Shown: positions 1-10,000 of the stretch, piece after piece
Position numbering within the stretch: the stretch's first letter is position 1
How the letters are laid out: every line of letters starts with the position of its first letter
NCBI GenBank assembly: GCA_022705945.1
Contig: JAKJDL010000006.1
Span: 13,196-77,195 of the forward strand
DNA from: Candidatus Omnitrophota bacterium
Lineage (GTDB): Bacteria > Omnitrophota > Omnitrophia > Omnitrophales > Aquincolibacteriaceae
DNA length: 64,000 nucleotides
Direction of reading: 5' to 3'
The notes under the pieces: model-generated
Databases searched by the model: none
The model's input: the letters and a program-made list of their open reading frames with translations, nothing else
Told to the model about the DNA's origin: nothing
Program-made: the position numbers and the translations under genes

Positions 1-1014
1 AAAACGGAGAAAGGAGCTAAAAGCGTCATAGGGATAATGAACCAGAATATCTTTTTCTTTCAAAAGTCCCCAGATATCCCCGGACTCCGTCATTTCAGGA
101 ACCGGCTGAGGGATCCATTCCGGACGCTTGATCGCCTCGAAACCGGGTTGAAAAGCCAGCTGAGAAATACCCTTGAGATCGGGCCATCCTTCGCCCTTGA
201 ATATCTGGCAATCTTCAATGCCCACGCCCTCTTTTAAACGGTCCGTCATATCATCCGGGGCGTCCACTTCAAGCCGAAGGACCGGACTTTCCCGCCTGGT
301 TTTCAAGGCTTCGCTCATAAGATTCGCAAAATCTTCGTCTTTTTCTTCGTCAATCGTAAATTCCGCGCCGCGCGTGACACGCAATGTTCCCTGACGCCCG
401 ATCATAAAACCGCAAAAAAGCTCCTGGGCAAAAAAACCGATGACATCCTCTATGAGGATGAAGGCATGCACGGATTCGGATGGCAGTGTGATCATTCGTG
501 GACATTGCTTCGGTATCTCGACCAAAGCGTACCGCACCGCGTCTTGCCCGGCAGATTCCAGGACCTCAAAGATCCGGTAAAGGCTCAGGTTCACCAGGTT
601 GGGGAACGGACGATTTTCATGAACCGCCAACGGAGTGAGAAGCGGAAGGATTTCATTCAGGAAAAGATTTTTCAGATACAGCTGTTGTCTTTCGTTCAGC
701 GCTTGAGGGAGGACCCTTGTAATACCGGCCGTTTCCAGTTCAGGAGCGAGGACTTCCCTGAAATACGTCTGTTGTTTCCGGAGCAGGGAGAACGCCTGCC
801 GGTAAATTTCCGAAAAGAGAGGCGCCGTTTCCGGAATGGTGGCCGCTCTCACCATGAAAAATTCGTCAAAATTCGAGCTGACAATACCGAGAAACTTCAG
901 TCGCTCCAGGGGAGGATTGGAGGGGTCCATCCCTTCCGCAAGAACCCGGGCATTGAAACGGATCCAGGATAGTTCCCGGTCAAAATACCGCTCTTGAAGA
1001 ACCGTGTCTGTCAT
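1..1014 (-). CDS. ppk: polyphosphate kinase 1, N-terminal ~338 codons (ORF runs off window start; not in ORF track because no stop in window)
   Basis: My own reverse-strand translation from ATG at 1014..1012 gives MTDTVLQERYFDRELSWIRFNARVLAEGMDPSNPPLERLKFLGIVSSNFDEFFMVRAA...RYALVEIPKQCPRMITLP...ILVHYPYDAFSSF with no stop to position 1. This matches the conserved PPK1 N-terminal and head domains (ELSWLxFNxRVLxEA, RLKFLxIxSSNLDEFF, YPYxxF). It starts 3 nt after the ppx stop. Confidence 0.8.
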   Translation of the reverse strand, partial: MTDTVLQERYFDRELSWIRFNARVLAEGMDPSNPPLERLKFLGIVSSNFDEFFMVRAATIPETAPLFSEIYRQAFSLLRKQQTYFREVLAPELETAGITRVLPQALNERQQLYLKNLFLNEILPLLTPLAVHENRPFPNLVNLSLYRIFEVLESAGQDAVRYALVEIPKQCPRMITLPSESVHAFILIEDVIGFFAQELFCGFMIGRQGTLRVTRGAEFTIDEEKDEDFANLMSEALKTRRESPVLRLEVDAPDDMTDRLKEGVGIEDCQIFKGEGWPDLKGISQLAFQPGFEAIKRPEWIPQPVPEMTESGDIWGLLKEKDILVHYPYDAFSSFLRF

Positions 1015-1017
1015 AGG

Positions 1018-2583
1018 TCAAGCCGCCGGCGGCACGCCCTGTTTTAGATCAATCGGCGCTCCAAAGACGTCCGCGAACATATCCCCTTTCCGGCGCAAAC
1101 TTTCCCGCTCCAGAGAAATATCGCCGCTGTCTTTCGACACCCAGAGAGCGTAAGCGTCTTCCGACCGTTCCAAAGCAAAAGAGCGAATCTTCTGCTGGTG
1201 AGCGGTGTCCAACGCGTCGGCGACCCGCAAGATCGACGCGAGCTTCGAGACGATTGCCCGGTCCGATTTCGCAAGCGACATATAGGGAACATGCGTTTCG
1301 CGCGGCGGCACCCGGCGGTGGTAACGCACGACATTCGCGATGATGTTTTTGTCGGTCTGCCGCAAACCGAATATTTCCGAAGCGTCCACCAGATAAAAAG
1401 AATGCTTGTGATGCCCCGAGGAAGAAATGTAGGTGCCGATATCATGCAATATCCCGGAGACTTCGAGCAGTAGCCGCTCCCGGGGACCCATACCGTGATC
1501 TTTCGCAAGGGAGTCGAAAAGTTTTAGTGCCAAAGAAGCCACGCAAACCGCGTGCCCTTTGTCATACATATACTTCGTCCCGAGGTGATGGGCGGAATTG
1601 AGGACCTGCCTTGAAACATCCGTTCTTTTGTAACCCGATACCAGCTGCGCCATTTCGAGTAAGAGACCGTCCCGGATACTTAATTTCGGAATAATGATCT
1701 CTTCGGCTTCGGTTGTATTCAGGAAATTCAAATAAAAAAGAAGTGCGGGATAAAGGGATTCCGCGTGACCGTAATCAAGGGAGTACTGCGTTGCAATCTC
1801 CTCCGGCGTCATTTTCCCCGCCCGTCCCACAAAACCGACAAACTCCTTCCTTTCGAGAATCGTAAACCGGTCTGCGGTATCCGGGAGTAACTGCTGAGAT
1901 ACGAACCGCATATCACCCCCAAGGGCGATAAAAGTGTCGATCCGCTCCATGGGAACTTCACGCGCCGCGTTCTTTGTGATATCTCGTATGCTTTTTTTCA
2001 GGACGCGCTGGATGAAATCCTCATCCCCCCTGGCAGCCGCTCCCTGCTCCGGAAGCCTCACGGACCCGATCGGGAGGGTCCGTGTCACGCTCACCTGCCC
2101 CTGATCCATGACAATCATTTCCGTGCTCCCGGAGCCTACCTCGACGATCAGACAATTCTTTTTCTCGAGATCGATCCGTCCCTCCAGCGCATGTTCGACC
2201 GCGACCAGCTGAAGGCGATTCTCTTCGGGACCATCCAGGACCTCAACCTCGATCCCGGCACGCACATAAATCTGATCGATGAAATTATCCCGGTTTTGAG
2301 CCTCGCGAACTGCGCTTGTGGCGATCGCGTGGATTTTCTTGATTCCGTAGGCGTCGATCACGGACCTGAAATCCCGGAGAATATTGATGCCCTGGCGCAT
2401 CGCGATACTGCTTAATCGTCCCGTTTTAAAAACATCCTTGCCGAAACGAACGGGTTTTTGAAGCTGCTCCAGATATCGTATCTCGTTTTTGCCTCCGACC
2501 TCGGCGATCACCATACGGATCGCAATGGTCCCGATATCGATCACAGCGGCGATATGTTTTGTCGGAATTTCCGGATCGGACAT
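1018..2583 (-). CDS. ppx: exopolyphosphatase / guanosine-pentaphosphate phosphohydrolase (Ppx/GppA) with C-terminal HD domain
   Basis: 521-aa ORF. N-terminal Ppx/GppA actin-like ATPase fold (AAVIDIGTIAIRMVIAEV..., EVGSGSTEM). C-terminal HD motif (LHDIGTYISSSGHHKHS). Forms an operon with ppk. Confidence 0.85.
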   Translation of the reverse strand: MSDPEIPTKHIAAVIDIGTIAIRMVIAEVGGKNEIRYLEQLQKPVRFGKDVFKTGRLSSIAMRQGINILRDFRSVIDAYGIKKIHAIATSAVREAQNRDNFIDQIYVRAGIEVEVLDGPEENRLQLVAVEHALEGRIDLEKKNCLIVEVGSGSTEMIVMDQGQVSVTRTLPIGSVRLPEQGAAARGDEDFIQRVLKKSIRDITKNAAREVPMERIDTFIALGGDMRFVSQQLLPDTADRFTILERKEFVGFVGRAGKMTPEEIATQYSLDYGHAESLYPALLFYLNFLNTTEAEEIIIPKLSIRDGLLLEMAQLVSGYKRTDVSRQVLNSAHHLGTKYMYDKGHAVCVASLALKLFDSLAKDHGMGPRERLLLEVSGILHDIGTYISSSGHHKHSFYLVDASEIFGLRQTDKNIIANVVRYHRRVPPRETHVPYMSLAKSDRAIVSKLASILRVADALDTAHQQKIRSFALERSEDAYALWVSKDSGDISLERESLRRKGDMFADVFGAPIDLKQGVPPAA

Positions 2584-2596
2584 AGCACACCTTACT

Positions 2597-3589
2597 TTAC
2601 TTTTGGGTCATTTTCAGAATTTCACAGGCCATTTTGGAGGCACCTAAAATGACCGCGTTGTCTTTGAGTCTGGAAGGAACGACTTTAAGAGCCTTCATCA
2701 GCGGCTTGAGGGCGCAAGCCTCTATCCCGGAACGGACCTCGGGAAGAATGATCTTTCCCATTGCCTCCATCATGCCTCCGCCAAGAAGCACGAGTTCGGG
2801 ATTCAAAACATTCACCACATTTGCAAGCGCAACACCCAGCCACCGGGAACGGCTCCGAATCAAATCCTCCAGAGCGGTATCTCCCGCACGAATAGCGCGG
2901 GACAATGCCCCGCTACGAATTTTTTTGACGTTATAACCGATCTCCTCCAGAAGATGAGGACACTTTTGTCGCAATAAAAGGAACCCCGCCTCGGACGCGA
3001 TAGCATTTCTTCCGACGAGGGCCCCGACTTTCAAGCGTGTTGTTTCAAAATCCGACACGGAAGGAATCGACAGGAATGTCTGACCGATCTCGCCGGCCCC
3101 TCCGGAAACACCGCGATAAAGATGCCCGTTGATGATCAGCGCTCCGCCGATACCTGTCCCGAGAAAAACCCCCACAACTTCTCCATGCCCTCGCGCCGCA
3201 CCGAACTGCTGCTCCCCGAATAAAGCGGCATTGGCATCATTTTCGATGAAAACCGGAACCCGTAGCTTCGCTTTGAGTTTCTCAGCCAGCGGATAATTCT
3301 TGAAGAAGGATACATTGGAAGATACCTTGACGGTACCCGTATAGATATCGATGATCCCGGGGCAGCCGATGCCGATCGTCACGAGATCGCTCAAATCCGA
3401 GCCGGTCTCCTCAAGAACCTCCTCGATCCCGTCAATGAGCTTGTTGAAAAAGAACTTTTCCCCGCGGTTGCCGTCCATCTCAAGTTTGACGGTCTTCTTT
3501 AAACCGAACTTTCTGTCAAAAAGCCCCATTAAAATCTTTGTCCCGCCCAGATCAATTCCGAGAATGAACTTCTTTTTCTTCCTCCCCAT
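2597..3589 (-). CDS. ROK-family sugar kinase (glucokinase-like; candidate polyphosphate/ATP glucokinase)
   Basis: 330 aa. N-terminal ILGIDLGGTKI ATPase motif. ROK signature region ENDANAALFGE...GTGIGGALIINGHLYRGVSGGAGEIGQ. Lies 13 nt upstream of ppx in the same orientation. Confidence 0.8.
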   Translation of the reverse strand: MGRKKKKFILGIDLGGTKILMGLFDRKFGLKKTVKLEMDGNRGEKFFFNKLIDGIEEVLEETGSDLSDLVTIGIGCPGIIDIYTGTVKVSSNVSFFKNYPLAEKLKAKLRVPVFIENDANAALFGEQQFGAARGHGEVVGVFLGTGIGGALIINGHLYRGVSGGAGEIGQTFLSIPSVSDFETTRLKVGALVGRNAIASEAGFLLLRQKCPHLLEEIGYNVKKIRSGALSRAIRAGDTALEDLIRSRSRWLGVALANVVNVLNPELVLLGGGMMEAMGKIILPEVRSGIEACALKPLMKALKVVPSRLKDNAVILGASKMACEILKMTQK

Positions 3590-3622
3590 AGGTCCCCCAT
3601 TTTTCGATTAACCGTTCCCAAT

Positions 3623-3651
3623 ATAATAATTTATGGGGGCGCTTATGTAAA
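3623..3651 (-). promoter_or_regulatory. sigma70-like promoter TTTACA-17-TATTAT upstream of the ROK-ppx-ppk operon
   Basis: Minus-strand reading is TTTACATAAGCGCCCCCATAAATTATTAT. A GGGGGA Shine-Dalgarno follows just before the ROK start codon. Confidence 0.4.
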
Positions 3652-3915
3652 AGGTTAGTAAAATCTCCCGCGGTGATCCCGGAGCGGAGAGGGCCGTTGC
3701 CATTCATTGGAAATTACTGCTTCACTTCGAACGGGGTCCCTAACCGCCCTCTTAAAAATCCTTCGAACATTTCCGTGGACGAATCCACGGACCTTCCCTC
3801 GCGCAGAACATAGGGGATTTCGCCGGGTTCCCCGCCCAATGCGGTCGATGTCGTGTGGACTTCCCTGCAAATCAACGAACTTTTCACTCGAACTGGTATT
3901 TTCACGATTTAAACC

Positions 3916-4047
3916 CTAATGAGTAACCACAGGAATCTCGGCCGGGGAAACACCCCGGATCATTTTGTCCGAAACGGTGCGATGTACATCTTTCATTTTT
4001 GGGGCGAACCCGTCCGCACAGCTCTCACAGCAGGAACAATTCTCCAT
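3916..4047 (-). CDS. possible small Cys-rich peptide (43 aa) 21 nt downstream of the giant ORF
   Basis: My translation: MENCSCCESCADGFAPKMKDVHRTVSDKMIRGVSPAEIPVVTH. GAGGA about 13 nt upstream. Below the ORF-track size cut-off. Could be chance. Confidence 0.2.
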   Translation of the reverse strand: MENCSCCESCADGFAPKMKDVHRTVSDKMIRGVSPAEIPVVTH

Positions 4048-4068
4048 CGTTTTGAAAATTTCCTCAAA

Positions 4069-7000
4069 TTATGCGGCACTACCCGTCCTGAAACGGGCTT
4101 CATACTCCTGCGCAAGCTGCTGCAGAATAAGCCCGATCAGGGAAATCACATCCTGGGCATACCGGCCTTTTCCGTAGCGAAAAAGTTCCGGACTCCTCAA
4201 GAGTAACATGAGCGAATAAGCGAGCAGTTCCGGGTCGAGTCGAAGCATCTCGTTTGTAAAGTAATATCGGTGGCCGACATAATCCTGTTCGATTTTCTGG
4301 CTTTCGGCGCGGCTGCCCGTGATCAGGGCGATATCCTCGGATTTTCCTTGTTCCCGGAAACGGGTCAAAATGCCGTTGAGGCGCGGCGAAGCAGTGACCG
4401 CCGCTGCTCCGGAACGGAGTGAATTCCTGATAAAACTATTGATGCCGTCGGGCGCATAAACCAGAAAGGCGTTCTTCGCGCGAAGCGATTCTCTGGCCAT
4501 GCGGTCATAAAGCGCCTTGTGATCACGATCGAACAAAATAACCATGGGGAAAGGTGAAATCGCGATCTTGTCGAAATATCCCTCCGGAATGGTCCCGGCA
4601 TCCAAAAAAACAACGCGATCATCCGCAAGAATCCCGGTTTGTTCCTGACGGAGCAATGCCGCCAACCCAGCCCTCAACTCCTCGATTGAAACATCGTGAG
4701 CCCCGGACAGGGCGGCAAGCGCAGGAGCGACACGTTCCGCAACCCTGGCGGCATCCTGCAAAGAAGCCTCCAGTTCCGGCAAAAGCCCCGCATCGTGTGC
4801 CGCAAGAATTTTTTGAGCAACAAGGATGGCCGTCAGGATGCGGATTTGCCGCGACATCCGGGGTGCAGGATTGATTTTTTGATCATATTGAAGCGACGCC
4901 GCTGACGCGCGGGGCAAAGAAATGACAGCCGGCGATATATGAATGCCGGGCTCCGTGTGCGCAGTGCGGGTTTCCGATCTGCCTCCGCCTTCGGAAAAGG
5001 CAACCGCGGGGCCAAGTTTGGTAAGCAATTGAAAAGCGCGGGCGGTAAACCGACCCGGAGTCTGTTCCAATGCCGTCTCCAACTCCTCCTTGGCCATCCA
5101 AACAATTTCAGCCGCATTGTCCCCGGGGAGAAAATCATCCCGGGAAAACTCCCCATTGAGTGAAACCCCGTAAATTGCCGTATTTTTTCTGCGAACGGAC
5201 AGGCCCTGTTCGTTTTCATGCGTGATCTCCAGCTGAACCGGAGACCCGACCGGGCGGAAAACCATTCCTTCAGGGACCGGACGCCGTCCGCCCAAAAGCT
5301 CTTCATGAAACTCACGCAACACCGCGGCCTCCGGGCTCTGATCGGTTTCCTCCTGATGCCCGGCAAACGATAGGTCCAGGCGGCCGGGCTCGTTCCCGAT
5401 CTGATGATCCCGCCGCTGTAAAGCGATCATCCGGTCTTTGATCACAAGTCCCGCAATGTCTTCTGACCGCAATCCGCGCTCATATCCCGCATCCTTTTTT
5501 TCATAAACAATTTGACCGGCGGCATCCCTGAAAACGAGCCTTGCTTTTGATTCCGCGGACGTTTCACGCCGAAGTCCTTTGGCGAGCTCCGGGTTTACAA
5601 GTTCCGGAAAGCTGACAGCGATTTTGTCCAAGGTTTCCGCGAGTCTTTCGCGGGTCTTGCCGGAAACATAAAATGTCTCCGAAACGGGAGGTATGAATGC
5701 TTCGGACCTGAAACTCCGCCGGTCCCCATTGACGCCGTTCCACAGAAACCGGCTTACGGTCGTATAAAGTTTGTCATAGGGACTGATGACCGTATCGTCG
5801 GAAAGACGGACGGTTCGTTCAACCAGTAAATTGGGATTGGGAGGAGTGACACCGTTCCCCTCTTCTATTTGCCGGGACAACGCCGCCACAGGACGCACGA
5901 TGTCTTCAAGGAAGTTAATCCTGAAAGGACCGTATCGGCCCGTCAAATCAAGAATTCTATCCCGTGTGCTTCGCAGGAGGCTCTGGATCGTTTGGTGATC
6001 CTCCGGCGTCTCCGCCACAATCGCAACGGGGCCTGTCGGCACGGGAAACTGCGGCACGGCGGCGCTTGATATGTTCACGCGCCCGGAACCCAAATGCAGG
6101 GCCCCGGCAGCCATCATTTCTCTTAACTTTTGAGGCTGATAGACAATGTGTTCGATCTCCAAGCGGCTGGTTCCGTTACGCCCCAAAATAACCGGCAGCC
6201 TTTCACTTTCGACCTCATCGAGACTGGCATACCTGGTTTGAACTACAAAATGTCCGCCGTTTTTGGTAATCGCCGAAGAACTGCCGACAAGATCCCCTCC
6301 CGGAAACGCGATTTCGCCATATTGAACACCGATGGTTCCCAGTTCGCCGATCATCCTGGCGGCTTCCCCCAAATTGATCTTGAAAACCGCGACTGCCGTC
6401 CGGAAATCCACGCCCGTTTGAGGATACCAATAAATTTTGAACTTTTTTTGACTCGTCTTTGCGATATTCCGTGCCGCAAAAAACAATCCGGCATCTCCGG
6501 GAAACTCTCCGTCCGACTCCTCAACCGTGATAGCCCATCGCCTCAAAACCGCATCTTCCCGGATCAATTGCTCCAAGGCGGCCTTGTTCTCACCGTATCG
6601 GGGCGGGACAAGCACGATCACCTCCACATCAGGCATTAAGGCGGCATCGTGCAAGGCTCGCAGGACCTTTGACATTGCGATTTGTTCGCTACCCCGTTGT
6701 GACGTCTCACGAGGCGTCGGACTCTGCGGAACAGGTTTCGGCTTGGGTATTTCAGGTAGCGAACGTTCCAAACGGCGATTTTGTTTTTTTAAACGTTTCA
6801 GTTCACGCTCCCAGATTCGATAATAAGGTCCGACAAATCGTATAAGGACGGGGCCGATCTGGCACGCGATCGCGGCCAGCGGAAGCATGACCGTTCCGAA
6901 CCCCATCATCATCATTAAGGTTGCATTCAACCAATGCTCCCCCAGGTAGATCAGGATCACCATCGGAAGGAAGAGCGCGGAAATACCGGTCATCGCCAAA

Positions 7001-10000
7001 GCGCGCCTCCAGAACCGCGCATGTTTTTCGGCCAGACCGACTGCGGCATCCAGGGTTACCTGGCCATAAAACGCGGACTTGATCGCCGCTCCGGCATTTT
7101 CGAGAACCTTCTGCGCATCCGCGGGTGTCGTCAAACCCAGTTTCACCATTTTTTCGTTGAGGGAACGGAAACTCCGAAAAGTAATGATCCGGTGAATAGC
7201 GGCCACGGGGCTTATCAAATACCAGAGACGGGCAACAGGAAAAAGGAATCTTACCAACCGGTTATGGATGATCATTCGCCGGCTGCGGAACGAAAGCTTT
7301 CTGCGTTCGGGTCCGAGTCCCGGTATCAGTTTTTTTACATAATGGTCCAATACCGCCACCATAGCCCCAAGGTGATGCGCAAGGTTATAGCTTTCATTGA
7401 AAATATCCCCGTAATCAACGAGCCGTTGCTGAAAAATCTGGAATTCATGAAGTTCCATGGGAGTCTTCGCGGTTCGTGCCTTTTCCGTAATCCTGCGCGC
7501 GGTCAGGACGCAAAGCACCGTCAATATTCCGAAAATGATCGCCAGGTCCCTGCCGATCTGGCTGTTCCACATATCAATATCCCAAAATTTGATCCCTGAA
7601 AAAATAAGGTGCTTGTTGGATGCCAATTCCTGGGCCTTGATAAGGATTGTCGTTCGTCTTTCATGGTCCAGTTCCCTCTCTTCATCCAGCATCCCGGCCC
7701 ATTCATTGATGGGGCCGATCACATGTTCGAGCAATTCTTTATCCTGCGGGCGGCCTTGTTGCTCGAAGCGGATCACCAGACGATATTGGAGTTCGCTCGT
7801 AACGGCCATCAGATCACGCAATCTCGCTTTCGAATTTCTCCACCTGACCTTTTGTGTCACGACCCGCACGAACCGGCCTGCCAACCAAAGGATGATTCCT
7901 CCGCCAAACAATAAAAAAACCCTATCCGCCACCTTTTTTCCCATAACCGCGAGCCCTTTGGGACTCTTGAAGAAAAACTTCCAGCTGGAGAGAATCTGCC
8001 GGAAGCTCCCTTCATCGGCCAACACCGAATGACGGGAAAGTTCCTGATCGGGATGGCGCAATAACCGATAAAAGACGGCAGGCGGAAGATCACTTCCATA
8101 ATGCAGGGGCAACGCCGCAGGCCCCGCTGCCGGGGCAGGCGTTTTATCCTTTTTCGAATCGGGAATCCCCGTCCAGATTTCAACAGGCATATTGTCGCCC
8201 AACTGTCCGGCAGGATCTTCGACCTGAATTACAAGCGCATCCCTGTCTGAAAGCCAGAGACCGTTTTCATCCGCAAGCGGATGCACCTTGAAGACCGTTC
8301 CTTCCAGCACATCGCCAAGCGGCGTTCTGACCCGAACCCGTTCTCCTTTGCGAGCACTTCCTTTCGGGACATCGATGAGATGATCGCTGTCTGACAGGTC
8401 CGTGCTTCCGAGAAAAACAAGGGAGTTCAAAACGCGGATCCCCGTTGCCCTTCCGGGGATTACGGTCTGCCCTTCCACGGGAATAAGCCCTGCCACGCGG
8501 CCGGCAACCGGTGCTCTGATGACGATCTTCGGATTGACCCCTTCGAGACTGGCGATACGAAGACCCGCCTCTGCATCAAGTTTGCGAAGTTCTTCGGGGG
8601 AAACGGCCGCAAAATTCCGGTTCGCAGCACTCATTTCACCCACCAGCTTCCGAAGTCCCTTTGCTGCATCAAGCTGCTCCTGCCGGTAGCCGGAAGCATC
8701 AATGAACCCGACAGGTGTTCCGGCGGAAACAACCGCGCCTTCCGGGACAAGTGCATGAAAAACACCTCCGGGAACACCGGGCGCAACCGGAACCGTAACG
8801 GGGACAGACTCGCGAGGAGACACCATGACGTGGAAGGGTTTACCTGCGCCGAGGGGCGGATCGTTCATGCCCTGTTCATGTCGCTGACCAAGCTTTAGCG
8901 AATAGGCAATTTGAGAATCATGCCTCGCCCCGGAAGGTGAAACAAAATCGATCGTCAGAAGGAATTGTCCGCTCACGGGATCGAAATCGCCGAGATTATA
9001 ACGCAGCACCCGCACGGTTTCTCCATTGATCTGCAGTTCTGCATCATCGAAATCCGCATCTCCCGCGGGAAGCCGGAAAGAAATCTGCCCCGCATCAAGC
9101 TCAACACCATACACCGCAACATTGCCCTGATTCACCTGCCCTCTCGCAAGCTTTACAATCCTCAGGGGATGGGATGCTCTGAGCGTTCGAATCGCTTCCT
9201 GATAATTTCTTTCGCGAAGTTCACGCTCCAGGGATTCCTTCCCGAACTGCAAATTTGTGTATTCTGCGGCACTCACGGACCCGTCAGTCAGCTGGGCATC
9301 AATAAGCGCTATCTCGGCTATCAGTGTACGAATACGACTCGCATTTTCAGGATCTACGATCTTCAAAATCACGTCACCGCTTGAAACCACATCCCCTTCC
9401 CTGACCGCATATTCGGGAATTCCGGATAACGGCACCGAAAGATTCAAAAGAACGGGGTTAACCGCTGTTTCTCCGCTAAAAATGCTGCTGCCCGCTGATC
9501 CGGTCTCCGGCGCGGAAACAGCCGACGGAGATTCCTGCGAGGTCTCCGGAACCGTCGGAGACTCAGCCAGTGAAGCCCCGGCGGAGACAGTGCCAGCCAA
9601 CGGTAAAGCGTTTGTCGCATTATTAATGGCGGATGCAAGATCGGTGATGCCGCCTCCGGAAACGGTTGATGCTGAAATCGTTGTTTCCGCAACAGGGAGA
9701 GACGGATCGTCGGACGAGGCAGCTTTCAGCAAAAAGCTTTCGGACACTTCGGCATTACGGGGAATTTCTGCAGCTCCCGAAGCACCGCTCAATAAAATCT
9801 GCATAACCGGGGACAAACGGGCGGACTGATCCCGGGAGGCAGGAGCCGGTAATTGAGTTGAGTCCGCCGAACCGGGCCCAAGGGGCAAAACCCGGTGTTT
9901 TACCGCAGCGGACCGGGAATCCCCAACTACCGGCTCGAAAGACTGCTCCGCTGCTGTTCCTGCAGGCGCAGGTTCTCCTCGCAATGTTTCCTGAAAAACA

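Noticed and set aside
37-972. Plus-strand ORFs 37..237, 173..394 and 466..972
   Set aside because: R/G-rich, protein-unlike translations lying antisense to a clean PPK1 reading frame on the minus strand.
5059-5460. Confident Nudix hydrolase call
   Set aside because: The Nudix box is degenerate (Asp for the first Glu, spacing off by one), so it is reported only as Nudix-like.
6799-7944. Peptidase M50 (site-2 protease) assignment for the 5-TM module
   Set aside because: No HExxH plus LDG motif pair. AHHLG is not a credible zinc site.
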